The notes beneath the pieces were generated by a model. It ran no database searches and was not told where the DNA came from. It saw nothing but the letters and a program-made list of their open reading frames with translations. A program made the translations under genes and the position numbers. Positions 1-11,247 of a stretch of DNA of 64,000 nt are shown here, in pieces. Position 1 is the stretch's first letter. The number at the start of each line of letters is the position of its first letter. This DNA comes from Trichodelitschia bisporula (taxonomy: Eukaryota), in contig ML996687.1 of NCBI GenBank assembly GCA_010356995.1, forward strand, positions 1,117,803 through 1,181,802, given 5' to 3'.

Positions 1-169
1 TTTTGATATCCGACGCTAAGGGAGACCATCCAACGGACACCGTATATCCTGCTCAACTGCATACACGCCATCTGACGTCCGTAAGACATCAATAAACCAA
101 AAGCAAAAATCACAGAACGAGGAGAGCAGGTATCGTAGCGACATGACCGGTCCAATAGCATTACATATT

Positions 170-906
170 CTACACCACCCGTTTCACCTGGCTCCGTTAG
201 CAAATGCCCCGCATTCAGCTACGAGCACTTACTTCGAAGAACCTCTTCAGCCACCAGACCTGGAAGACGCCTTCGCCGATGAGGACCACGATCTGGAACA
301 AACTCCACCACTTGACCCGCGCATTGGTGCTCTCTGCTGTGTTACGGTGCGTCCGCTCCCGCACAACAATGTAGCCCTGTTCGTCCTTGACCTGTTGAAT
401 GAGCTCCGAGAGGTGGCGCACTGTATCCGTTAGCTGTGCTCGGTCCTCCGCCTGCGGCGGTCTTGCCTTCTTTCTCCAGCGGGTCCTGCGGCGCCTCCGA
501 CTCCGGTACGTAGACAATGCCGTGCACGTTGAACGACACCTCTTTTGTGTTCGCACTCCAATGCTCGTTGCTGAAGCAGTAGGTGTAGCGGCCGTCCATG
601 GCAGCGGTGAAGGAGTGATCGCCAAAGGAAACCGTGCGCTCGATCATCTGGTAGCCGCCAACGGGATTCGTAATCTATACAATTAGCACAATGCGCGCAA
701 AGAAGCGAGCCGCGTACCCAGAAATCAATGTCCAGATTCCCACTCCCACCAAACTCACGGTCGCCAACCTGGAAGGTGACCGTCATCTTGTCGTCGGAGT
801 GCAGCTGCTCATGGAAGCACTCGCGCGAATGCGCCTTGAGCTGGATATTGTGAGCGGAGGCGAGGGAGGCCAGCGCTAACAGCGCGGTGAGGGCGCGGAT
901 AAACAT
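170..906 (-). CDS. EMP24: p24/GOLD-domain ER-Golgi cargo receptor (Emp24 family), 4 exons
   Basis: Signal peptide, then HNIQLKAHSRECFHE, GRYTYCFSNE and RERTHRNTAESTNARVKWWS, then a TM helix and the tail LKRFFEVKRVV once three short GT-AG introns are removed. Confidence 0.93.
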
Positions 907-1286
907 GGTGAACGGGGCGCGTGGGTTGGCGTGATTGTGTTGCGTTGCGCGTGCTCCTGAGATGCGGTCGAGCTTCGGGAAATGTGTCTACACCCCTGTC
1001 TGCCAGCGTGGTAGCGGGTAAAAGTTGCGCCCCTTCCGAGAATTCAAGCCCCTTGCGCCAATCCAGATCGGGAAATCATTGACAACGTCGTCCCATCTCT
1101 GGCCGGAGCCGTTGGGTGTTCGGAAGGCGCGACAGCGTTTATATACCCGAACTGCTGCTCAAAAGGATGACTCGATGTGTATGTAGCATGTTTCAAGGTC
1201 ATCTTAGATGTCTATCTTGGGTTTGAGGCTAACAGGACATGTTTGAACAGATATCGGACTTTTGCGGAGACAAATGCGGACAACTC

Positions 1287-1330
1287 ATATCAGCAAATAT
1301 CAACAAATATCAACAAATATCAACAAATAT
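1287..1330. repeat. 10-bp tandem repeat (ATATCAACAA) x ~4.4
   Basis: Read directly: atatcagcaa atatcaacaa atatcaacaa atatcaacaa atat. Confidence 0.9.
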
Positions 1331-2148
1331 ATATTCAGTCCATAGGAATCCATGCTGAAGGGCAGTTTATAAGGCTATCGTTCCAGTATTCCTATGAAGC
1401 ACCATCTGGTCACGCAGTTTCATGCCAATCTCAAGTTTTGCTCCACTATGTCCGGCTCAAGAATGGCCATCCACCTTAGCACCATGGCATCAGTACCGCG
1501 TTGCCTGCGTCCTTTATGCTTTTTTGGGGCCATATCTCCTCTTTGGTATTGGGGATCCTCGCTTCACTTCTGGGTGGCTTCCTGGCGGCACCGGGAGCCC
1601 CCTTTGAAGGTCTTTGGGAACGCCATCAGCCCCCCTATACGCTGCGGTACCATGGTATCAAGCCTTGAACTGATAGAGGGGGTGCATATGACGGCTATTT
1701 GCCCTCACCCGCAGACTGGAGCACCAGCCGCGACCTCAACTGCCCACCAGCCGCCCCACAGCCGTCACACTTCAGCCGCGCTCCCGGGTGTTTGCCTGTC
1801 ATGCGGCTTTGATGCTTTCCGAGAGCTTCACCTGGGCTTCCGGAAGGGCCCTGTAGGCACAGCAGAGGCGGTCAGTGCACCTTCTCGCATGACCTTCTGA
1901 GAATCATTTCTCCCTCTTCATCCCCATCTCTTTACATCCAGCTTCCCCAGAACGAACCACCACTGACAGTTATCCTGTTTCCAACTGCAACTGAAAGCAG
2001 CTTCGAAAGGTAAATCTAATTGACTTATTAAGACATTGAGACTTTCGGCATTTCGTTCAATCTGCCCAAGTCGGGTTGCATTTCAACTTCCCAAATTTCG
2101 TACATGCGCCAGCTAACCCTGTCGCCTAGGCCATTACCTACTGTTAAG

Positions 2149-2358
2149 ATGGGCAACGAGGTCTCCATCATCGCTAGGCAGCGTCGTCGCCAGCGCACTG
2201 CCGTCTCTTATCGAGCTCAGGCTCGTGAGGTGTTGGTGCTGGGGCGCAATGGCGTCGGCGCTGTCATGAGGGAGGAACTTGAAGACCTTGCCATGGCCGT
2301 TGAAGAGGAAGAGGACGGGCATGTGTTGTCGCCTTTGAGGTTTGAGACAGAAAGCTAA
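2149..2358 (+). CDS. Small 69-aa ORF with N-terminal MGNEVS (myristoylation-type motif), preceded by a probable 5'UTR intron
   Basis: ATG in aagATGg context. The upstream segment 2010-2129 has a GTAAAT donor, GCTAAC branch point and TAG acceptor. Confidence 0.45.
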   Translation: MGNEVSIIARQRRRQRTAVSYRAQAREVLVLGRNGVGAVMREELEDLAMAVEEEEDGHVLSPLRFETES

Positions 2359-2635
2359 TCCTATTCGGACAGGTTTGTGCAAGACTTGGAAATAATGGTA
2401 TGTGCTCCTCTTGAAGTTTCTCCGACCCGTTGAAGGTTATGGGCCCGAGCACGTGGTCGAACCCTCCACGATCGCTGCTTGGCCTTCGTCTCCGCCGCTT
2501 TCTTCCCCCACTGCCTTCATCCCCCAAACAAAAACAACCCTCATTCACTCTTTCACGCTCCGATACCCACACTCTCATTTTCGCTTCCATTTCCCACAAT
2601 TTCTCGCGCACTGATAAGTGCTTCACTCGTTCACA

Positions 2636-5191
2636 ATGTATCCTCAACAGAGCGATATCCCCGACCCGGGGCCCACCCAACATCGGCGTTATCCTAGCAG
2701 CGCCAACCGTCAGCCGGGGCAGACAGATGACTCGTCCACCGACGACGCTGCCGAGCCCCGGCAGTCGGGTCATGGCCTGCAGGGTACTGCTCAAGAGCAC
2801 CCATACTACCCCGCCCATCCCGGTTATCACGCTGCTTCCGGTCAATATGCTTACGCGCACCAGAATATTCCACCTTCTGCTGGGGCATCTTTCAACCAGT
2901 ATAGCCCTCTGCCATACTCTGCTCCTGCGGGTGGTAGCGGTCGTTACGGCAGCGGGCGCAATCAGCAACAGCAATCAGGTCCACCTCGCGGCAGTGGGGT
3001 CCTGCCGGATGGTCGGACCTGGTCCTACGCCCAGCCGCCTCCGACGCCTCAGACGCGTTGGAACAACACGTTGCGTCGATGGGAAATGATTGGGCCCGAT
3101 GGCATCGGCGTTCCAATGCCCTCGGCTGGTTCCAGCACGGCACTTCACGACGGCGAGCAGCGTAACAGACAGCAACAGCAGCGGCAGGGACCTCGCCATG
3201 ATTCCGGTCAGCATCGCCAGTCTTCGGGCTCCCACCCGGCTTCTCGCTCCTACGGCAACAATCAGCAGCCGAACCCCGGCGCCTCGGTTCAGACCTCCAC
3301 CGAAACCTACCAGGGGCGTGCTGCGCGTAGCGGTGCCAATACTTCCAGTGCGCGCAAGGGGAAGTCGGGCGGCTCGGGTGGTGGCGAGAAGTCCAGTGGC
3401 TCTGGCAGCAAGGGCCAAGCTGCTTCGGGCGGTGGTTCCAAATGGAACAAGCAGATGGACAATCAGCTGCTGAGGATGAAGAGGCGTCCCGGAGCTACTT
3501 GGGACAACATTGCCCAGAACTTGAATATTTCCCCCCAGGAAGCCGAGCGCCGCTTCCTTCAGCTCACTGGCAGCGACAGCGCCGAGCATGAAAATGCGAC
3601 GTCGACCGACACCAATGACGGCGCTCATAACGACGCCGGCTCTGTGGAGGCTGAGCCTGAGACGCCCGAGAAGGGTGGTAAGGCGAGCACCCCGTCAAAG
3701 GCCAAGAGCCCTGAAGGCCCTGAGGATGGCAAGGCCCCGACTTCCAAGACGCCTGAGCAGGCCCCAGCCGCGGCTCCCCCTCCTCCTCCCGACCCTGAAA
3801 TTGAGCGTGACGTCCGCGCTACCGCTCGCCTCCGTGCTCGTGCGGAGCGCGAGTCGGCCCAAGCCATTCTCCGCGATCTTCAGGTCGAGCGGCAGCGCGT
3901 GCGTCGCCAGCTGCGGGAAGAGTTCCCGGAAACTTGCTCCGACCCTGATACAGAGACTGATGAGGAGGTGTCGAAGCGCCGCGATGAGCGGCAGGAGAAA
4001 AAGCGCCGGGCGGCCGCCGAAGAGAAGGCGAAGCGTGATGAAGAAAAGAAGCGCCGCGCCGAGGAGAACAAGCAGCGCCAGGAAGAGCTGAAGAAAAAGC
4101 TTGAGGAGGAAGAGAAAGCCCTCAAGGAGAAGGAGGAGAAACTCAAGCAGGAGGAGAAGGAGCTTCGCGACAAGAAGAAGCAACTTGCTCAAGAGAAAAA
4201 GAAGGCGAAAAAGGCCAAGCAATCTCCCTTTGATGACGAGCTCGATGAGGACGATGAGGGCGAGCGCAAGCCCAAGCGGAAGACGGCGAAGAAGCGCCGT
4301 TACGTCCCAGACAACCAGGTCTACGACCCTTGTGTTCAGAACTCCACGGACTCTGAAGAGGAGGCGGCGCCGCTGAAAAACAAGCGCAAGGCCAAGCAGT
4401 CCAACAAGTCATGCAAGGATTCAAGCTCCGACGATGTTGACGAGGCCTCGCCGAATTCCGACTCCGACGAGGAGTACCAGAAGTTTTCGACTGGTACTTG
4501 CAAGCATTCGCGCAAGTTCTGTTCCAAGTGTCGGAACTACCGTACCACTGCCGAGGAGGCCAAAGCCGTCGCTGATGCTCGCAAGAACGCAAAGGCTTCG
4601 AAAAAGTATGTGGAGAAGCACGACGGCAAGAGCAAGAGCAAGCACCATCGTCACCATGCCGTTGAGAAGGAGGAGTACGAAGAGTCAGAAGACTACGAGG
4701 ATGAGCCCGTTGAATCCGACGATTCGACTTCTGTGGCTGTCATGAACTCCCGTGTGCGTCACCACCATACACTCAGTGGCCCCGGTCGGAATCGGGCTTC
4801 TTTGCTGAAGAGTTCATTCACTCAGGACTGGGTCCAAGCCAATCGCCGCGCCGCCTCTGGCAAAACCGAGCCGAAGCCTCTGCGCCAGAAGAAGCCATTC
4901 GAAGAGCGTCCTCCTCGCCATAGCTCGGCCGAGCATCAGCGCAAGCGCAAGAATAGTGTGATCGATGTCAATCTGTCTGACCTTGACGACGCCGAGGCAA
5001 GTATCCCTTCTCCATTTTACTCAACACTGCTGATGTATGCCCAGATTGTCACTCTCAAGGACATCATCCGTTCCAAGCCGGGTTCTCTGACCCGTATCGC
5101 CTTTGACTTTGCTCGTGTTGCAAAGAAAGCGGTGACTATCGATGATATCGCCGAACTTACTCGGGCCATGGAGCTCGAGGAATCCTCGTAA
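2636..5191 (+). CDS. Orphan low-complexity protein with a Myb/SANT-like domain, a K/E-rich coiled coil and a probable GC-AG intron (4997-5044)
   Basis: Long ORF with biased codon usage. KWNKQMDNQLLRMKRRPGATWDNIAQNLNISPQEAERRFLQL (3440-3570) fits the W-x(n)-W-x2-IA Myb pattern. N-terminus is Q/G/S/P-rich. Confidence 0.75.
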   Translation: MYPQQSDIPDPGPTQHRRYPSSANRQPGQTDDSSTDDAAEPRQSGHGLQGTAQEHPYYPAHPGYHAASGQYAYAHQNIPPSAGASFNQYSPLPYSAPAGGSGRYGSGRNQQQQSGPPRGSGVLPDGRTWSYAQPPPTPQTRWNNTLRRWEMIGPDGIGVPMPSAGSSTALHDGEQRNRQQQQRQGPRHDSGQHRQSSGSHPASRSYGNNQQPNPGASVQTSTETYQGRAARSGANTSSARKGKSGGSGGGEKSSGSGSKGQAASGGGSKWNKQMDNQLLRMKRRPGATWDNIAQNLNISPQEAERRFLQLTGSDSAEHENATSTDTNDGAHNDAGSVEAEPETPEKGGKASTPSKAKSPEGPEDGKAPTSKTPEQAPAAAPPPPPDPEIERDVRATARLRARAERESAQAILRDLQVERQRVRRQLREEFPETCSDPDTETDEEVSKRRDERQEKKRRAAAEEKAKRDEEKKRRAEENKQRQEELKKKLEEEEKALKEKEEKLKQEEKELRDKKKQLAQEKKKAKKAKQSPFDDELDEDDEGERKPKRKTAKKRRYVPDNQVYDPCVQNSTDSEEEAAPLKNKRKAKQSNKSCKDSSSDDVDEASPNSDSDEEYQKFSTGTCKHSRKFCSKCRNYRTTAEEAKAVADARKNAKASKKYVEKHDGKSKSKHHRHHAVEKEEYEESEDYEDEPVESDDSTSVAVMNSRVRHHHTLSGPGRNRASLLKSSFTQDWVQANRRAASGKTEPKPLRQKKPFEERPPRHSSAEHQRKRKNSVIDVNLSDLDDAEASIPSPFYSTLLMYAQIVTLKDIIRSKPGSLTRIAFDFARVAKKAVTIDDIAELTRAMELEESS

Positions 5192-5282
5192 TTCCCGCAA
5201 GGGGCTACTACAATGCTGCGTCGGCCTTCATGCGAGGTTGAGCGGCGCCCGAAGTGTGTGGTTTGATTTACGCCGCGAATGA

Positions 5283-5518
5283 CTGGGTGCCGGAACAAGG
5301 AATGGCCATCACTAGCCGACTAACGCTTTTACGAGCGTCGATTGTACGTTGGTGATTGTCATTATAGGAACGGCGTCTACTGGGCGTTTCCACGTTGTAG
5401 CTGGATGCCGGAACAAGGAATGGCCATCACTAACCGACTTACGCTTTTACGAGCGTCCATTGTACGTTGGGGGTTGTCATTACAGGAACGGCGTCTGCTG
5501 GTGTTTCCGCGTTTCAGC
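5283..5518. repeat. Tandem duplication of a ~118-bp unit
   Basis: ctgggtgccggaacaaggaatggccatcac... at 5283 is repeated as ctggatgccggaacaaggaatggccatcac... at 5401, with scattered substitutions. Confidence 0.93.
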
Positions 5519-5550
5519 GATCGAATATGCCCTCTCCTGAGGTTATGTTT

Positions 5551-5665
5551 TTGCGCTCTGCATGGTTGCACTCTACACGGTTGCACTCTACACGGTTGCG
5601 CTCTACACGGTTGCGCTCTACGCGGGTAGAGAAATACGGTTACGATCTACTCGGGTAGAGAAATA
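5551..5665. repeat. 15-bp minisatellite (TTGCRCTCTACACGG) x5, ending in two small hairpins
   Basis: Five units over 5551-5625, then ctctac-gcgg-gtagag and tctac-tcgg-gtaga. Confidence 0.88.
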
Positions 5666-6018
5666 AAGAGAGTTAAAAGCACTCTGACTCCATGCTTGTA
5701 AAGTCCACTCCCACGGTAACCATCCGCACTAATCACTCCCACTTCACAATCATATTTACGGCAATCTGCCGACCCAAAAGTCAATCTCCCTAAAAAGACG
5801 TAAGCCGATCGGCCTAACCCCAATCTCCCAAGGGCCAGACCCCATCACCGGAGATGTAAACATGGAAGGGGCATTGTTATGTCAAGAAGAAGCGTACTGA
5901 GAGAGATGATGTAATGAGGGCATGGTAGAAGGAAGAAGCAAAGGAGGGTACTTGGCATTATGTATTTAGTCTCGAGAGTCTCCTCCTCTCTTCCTCTCAT
6001 CTTCTCTTCGTCTTGACT

Positions 6019-6549
6019 TCACTGTTCAGTTTTTACAGTTGCCTTAACACGTAATCCGTAATGAGCCGTTGCTCCCATCAAAAGGCCAGACCCCAGCCTC
6101 GTCCCCATCCCTCCCTCTCCCCCCTCCCCCAGAAAACGCCACGCCACCAGGCCCACTAGCGCCGGCAGACCCCATCCAGCTGGTCCCTCCAGGTCGTCCT
6201 CGGCACCTGCAACGCCATTCCGGGGTTCCCCGACCGGCGCCCCTGGGACACCGGGGATATGTCCGGTATGGCCTGGGATGCGGCTGTCATAGGCCTGGGA
6301 TGCGGTTGTCGTGTCAAACTGGGTGGGTGAGTGGTGGAGTTGCGCTTCGGAGCCGGTGTCGGTTGCTGACGTTGATGGGTGCTGATGTTGTTGACGGTGG
6401 AGGCTAGTCACGACGGAAACAGGCTAACAGCGACGGATGCGGGCGCTAGGTTCCAGAACTAGAAACGTCGATGGAGCTAGAATCGCTCCCTACCATCGGC
6501 CAGCGAGCACAGGCCACACGATATTGCGGGGACGCAACTTGAACGACAT
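6019..6549 (-). CDS. Hypothetical small protein with a C-terminal hydrophobic segment; first exon uncertain
   Basis: ORF 6019-6411 has no usable ATG near its start. A possible upstream exon (ATG 6549, MSFKLRPRNIVWPVLAGR) joins in the correct phase through a weak GTAGGG...TAG intron. Confidence 0.3.
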
Positions 6550-8197
6550 CCGGGCGCGCGCTGCAGAATATCACACCGCGCTCGGACGCGCAAATGCAAT
6601 GCAGCGCGCCTCATTGGCGCGAGCTGAGTAAATTGCGACACCTATGATTGCGAGGAACGCGCTTCCAATGCCCAGCCCACACGCCATGATGCGCGGAGAG
6701 CTTGGATAATGAAGCCTGAAAACAACGCACGATCACTGCTGGGACCGTGCTCGCCGCGCCTGTGACGGAAGGTGTACTATGCGCGATCCTGCGCATGCGG
6801 AGTCGCTTGTCTTACCAACCTCCCCCCGCAGAACTCAGCGCCACTGCTTCTCCAGCAACGCCTTGTCCCCCCAGGCTGCCCAGACCCTCGACGTCAGATG
6901 CAAGGCGGGGCGCTGAATCGCTGGGTCAATCCCGGTATCAGCTCTGCTATCGTTATTAGTTGCCCAGCTCGGCGACGCCAGTGTGCCTTGGGTAGTTGGC
7001 GAACGCCTCACAGCCTTCTGTTAGCGAGTAGAATGTTCGACTGCAGCTGGGCGGTCCTGGGGGAGTTGCGGCGCTGGGGAGAAGGCCCGGATTCCCGGCT
7101 GGAGGCGATATGTGCTCAGCTAACGGGGGCGCCATCCGCCGCAGGATTATTAGCCCTGAGGAAAACGCTGAGGAAATGTGCCGTTCGCTGTGCGGCAATA
7201 GCAAGCGCACATAACGTTCGCCCCTCTCGACGACGACGTCGCAATAACATCTCACCTAAGCCGCCCCGGCCCTAGGGTACTTCTGACAAGTATCGGTGCA
7301 GTCTCCGTCCCCTTCACCGGCCTTTGCACGAACGTAGGCAGCCCTGTCCCAGTCGCGGGTATGACGCGAGTCGCGCCACCGTACCGCACGATTAGCGATG
7401 TTGCATGAGAGGCGCAGAGAAGCAAGGCCTGCTTCGTTGGAACGCGGTGCTGCTAAACGGCGCAGATGGGAAACTGACTCGCGAGAAGCCGTCAATACTT
7501 GGACCCGGGATCGGTATGCGGGTGCCCGGGAGCCAGCTTCAGCACCCTCCAGACTTTCAGCATGCGTTGTCTTGCACAAGAAGAGGGATGCCGAGTCTCC
7601 AGCAATCCAGTCAGTGTCAAACATGATCTATTGTCTTCTCAAAGCGCAGATGGCGTTCTCAGCCTCGCCTCTCCAGTACCGCACACCTGCATCTCACCCC
7701 CTCACCCCCCGCAGGACCTTCGACCTTTGCAATAGCATGAGCGAAACGGCGCCCCCGATCCGCTCTTTTTTCCCCTGGGTATGTCCAAACCTGGATCCAT
7801 AGCACACTAGCGTATTCTGCACATTCTGCGAGCGCGCCACACCGTCCGGAGTCAGGTCCTCCATCCCCAGGCGCATCAGCCCCAGGGCCGTCAACCGGGG
7901 CCCCGCATGCAGCAAGCATCCCAGGCTTTGCCCAAAACGGAGGCGAGGGCGAGGGAGCAAGTGTACCAAGCGTCGCGAGCCCTTATGTATATCATTCAGC
8001 GCCCCGCTCCGCCCTAGTCTACTTCCTCCCAAGACCCGGTTCGACCTCCACCGACGCATTCACCACCGCATGCCGCCGCCGCGAACACGATTGCTCGGAC
8101 ACCGCTTCGGACACCAGCTTCGGACACCTTGCTAGCGACGCCGGAACTAGACCCGACCCCCCAACTCGGGGACGATATTCGGCAATAGCGGCCCGCC

Positions 8198-9413
8198 ATG
8201 AGCGCCGCCGACATCCCGGGCCTGCCGTCCAACCTCCCGCCCGATGTCTCGCGTGTGCCGCTGCTAATGGCAATAACGGTGCCGTTCTTCGCTATCGCGC
8301 TTTGCACGTACGTCGGGCGGATATGGGTGCGCGTACGGCCCGTGGTGCGGCTAGGGTGGGATGACGCTGCGATCAGCATTGCGGTCGTAAGTATTGCCTT
8401 CCGTGCGCAAGGCTGCGCTAATGTATACACCGTACAGTTCCTCGCGGTGGCCCATTTCATTCTAGTAATGCTTGCAGCAACCCACAAGTGGGGTCGACAC
8501 ATCTACTACATCCCCATGTCAGAGCTGTTCGTGAGCCTGCACTACAACTTCGCGATGCAGAGCGTGTGGACGTGGTGCATCACGTTTGTCAAGATTAGCG
8601 TTGCGCTGATGTTGCTCCGCGTCACGACGACGAGGGGGTGGGTGTATGTGTTGTGGGGGTTTAATGTGTTTCTTGTTTTTTTTGCGATCCTTACTACAGT
8701 ACTGCAGTTCGTGGAGTGCGACCCGTATACTGCGTATTGGAATCGGACGCCGGACGCGAAGTGCTGGTCGCAGGCGGAGAATGCCATCTTGGTATACACC
8801 TCATCGGGTAAGAGTCCCCATCTCCCCCGCGAGAGAGCCTAGCTAACTCCCCGCAGTCATCTTCATAGTTTCGGACATCTTCCTCTCACTCTTCCCCCTC
8901 ACCTTCGTCTCGAAACTCAACCGCCCCCGCCGGGACAAAATCGCCCTCCTCTGCATCATGGGCCTCGGCCTAATCGCCTCCGCCACCTCCATCGCCAAAA
9001 TCTACTACATCAAGCAATCCATATCCTCTCATGACCCGCTCTGGGCCGTAATCCCACCTTCAATCTGGGGCGACCTCGAAAAGAACCTCGGTATCATCGC
9101 CAGCTGTGTGCCGTGTCTGCGGGCGGTGCTCGAGAGCCTGCTGCGCCGGTTTGGCATGGTGACGTCGAGTGGTGGTGGGGCCACGGCGGGCACGAATCTG
9201 AGCGGGAGCTATAAGCTTGATGCGGTGAGTGCGGGGAGGAGTCATAGGGGAAGTGCGGCGGTGAGGCTGGACAGGGCGAAGATGGGGGGGCATGGGGGGA
9301 CGAGTGCGGAGTACATTCTTGATAATGGGGGGGATGAGTGGGAGGGTGAAGGGAAGGAGCACGATATAGAGGCGGGGAGGAGGGGAGCGAAGGTGCGTGT
9401 TGTTGAGGTTTAG
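8198..9413 (+). CDS. Fungal rhodopsin-domain (PTH11-like, no CFEM) integral membrane protein, 3 exons
   Basis: Motifs R..VR..LGWDD, GRH, KIS..L..LR, SDI.LSL.P, K..L...MGLG and E.NLGII.SC.P.LR. Introns at 8387-8437 and 8808-8856. Confidence 0.9.
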
Positions 9414-10560
9414 GCCTCGTTGTCTCTGTCTCTAGCGGGGTTGGAGTCGGTGGTGTTTGTACGATGTTCCAGGTTTCAGGAACGGGCGTTGAGGGGGGGC
9501 TGTCCGGTGGAGTTGGGGATTCAACGTACGAGACGCGATGACGATGACGGGGACGGTAATGATGGGGGGCCTACCACAGTAACAGACAACGCTACGCAAC
9601 GAAGCTGTAGAGCGATAATAGGATAGGGGCGTCGGAAGAAAGGCGTCGGAAGAAGGGCTTCCTCCAGATGTATGGTTCCAAATCAAACTCGTAATCCGAT
9701 CTCCCAACATCCCAAGAAACCTGCAACAGAGAGCTTCCCAGGCCATGCAATTGCGGCAATTGCCAGCGACAAGACCGGTTCCCCGCCCCTGCTGATCATC
9801 TCATCCACGGCACTGGTGGTGAGAGGTGAGAGGCTGCGCACATCACGTTACCCCGCCCGCCCCGCAGCTTCGAGCCCCCCGATCGCCGCGCAAGCAGGCA
9901 CAGGAACCGTGCCGTCATCACCAACCGCAGTACACGGCGCCACCCGCACATCCCACATCTCCCACAACAAACAAACAACTCCCATCCCCAAAAAGCGCCT
10001 CCTCCATCACCATCGCCCGTGCCTGAAGCTCTCATCGCACTGCAGTCGCCCTCACGTGTGCAGCGACACAAAACGACCCATTAGCCTCGCGAGCACTAGC
10101 GCAAGCCGACCCCCGCCACCCCCAGTCGATCCCTCCAATAAAAGCACCGCCTAGCGTCCTTCCCCGCACTTCCCTTAGCAAGCACGGCTGCAGGCCACAA
10201 ACGCGCTAGCCCGATCGAGCCTTGAGCAGTGGGCAGTTCGCACCGTGATCAAAGGGCAGGCGCGGCCCTGGCTTGGTCGAGTGACACCCCCGCTTCCGCT
10301 GCCTTCCATTACGCTGGCTGTGCCCGCCTTCATCTTCCCCGCTCCTCGCTCCTCTTGACTCCTTCAGCTCCAGCTTCCATCACCCCTTTGCTCTCTCATC
10401 TACTGCTGCTTTCCATCAATCCATTGTTTGCCTCGAACGATCAAACGAACCTCTGTTACCCTCTGCTACCCAGCCTTGTTCGTGACGTAACTGCCGCACC
10501 TCTTGCTCACGCCACTGCTTTCCCTCATACCTACTACAGCCTCACTGCTTCCCATTCAGA

Positions 10561-11247
10561 ATGACGGGCGCTCCATTGACCAAGGTCGACTCTGCTGTTG
10601 AGCAGCCTGATGCCGCTAAGAAGCATCGTCGGTCCAGCAGCAGTGCTACCAATGTGCACAACATCAATGACCTAGGTGAGTTGGTTGGGGCGAGGTGCGG
10701 GGGTGTTCTGTAACCGAGGAGCTGACGTGTCGCAGAAAAGGAGGGCGTTGAGATCAAGATTAGCCCGGAGACACAACAGCTCAACTGGTAAGTCGTCTTT
10801 GTTGGTGTTGTGCGTTGATGGCCGTCGATGTCGATGGCCGTTGCGGTGTAATACTGTCGATTCCCTTCCATCGTCGTCGAGTGGCCAGCTCCTGCCAACA
10901 CACGCTGACTCCGCTCCAGGAAGGTGAACACATCACCCGGCACCATCGATGACAAGGAGGCTCTCAAAAAGCCTCTCTGCAACCCCATGGTCAAGAAGAT
11001 CGACCTGCACTTCCCGCTCGGGCTCGGGGTGACGGCACGCAACCTCAAGGGCGTGACAATCAAGGATGCCCTAGACGCCATCCACAAGCAGTTCAAGAAG
11101 AAGCAGGACGATGAACTCGAGCTGCCCTACCTCGCTGGATTCGAGTGGGACAAGGATGAGAGCTACACGCGCTTTGTTGTGCATCTCAAGAAGGATGGTG
11201 CCCCCGTGAGCAAGAAGTCCAAGAAGAAGGGTGCAGCCGAGGAATAG
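10561..11247 (+). CDS. Conserved-looking fungal hypothetical protein, 3 exons
   Basis: Canonical introns 10676-10735 and 10788-10919 give a continuous frame: MTGAPLTKVDS...KKIDLHFPLGLGVTARNLKGVTIKDALDAIHKQFKKK...YLAGFEWD. Confidence 0.85.

Noticed and set aside
1394..1900. 168-aa ORF and possible decayed gene on the opposite strand
   Set aside because: No recognisable motifs or codon bias, and multiple stops in the opposite frames.
5283..5518. 118-bp unit as 5S rRNA copies
   Set aside because: The length is similar, but there is no resemblance to 5S sequence or its internal promoter boxes.
8010..8055. GGTTCGA B-box-like motif suggesting a tRNA
   Set aside because: No cloverleaf or A box.
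6600..8100. Several overlapping 100-170-aa ORFs
   Set aside because: Expected by chance in GC-rich intergenic DNA; none has a recognisable domain.
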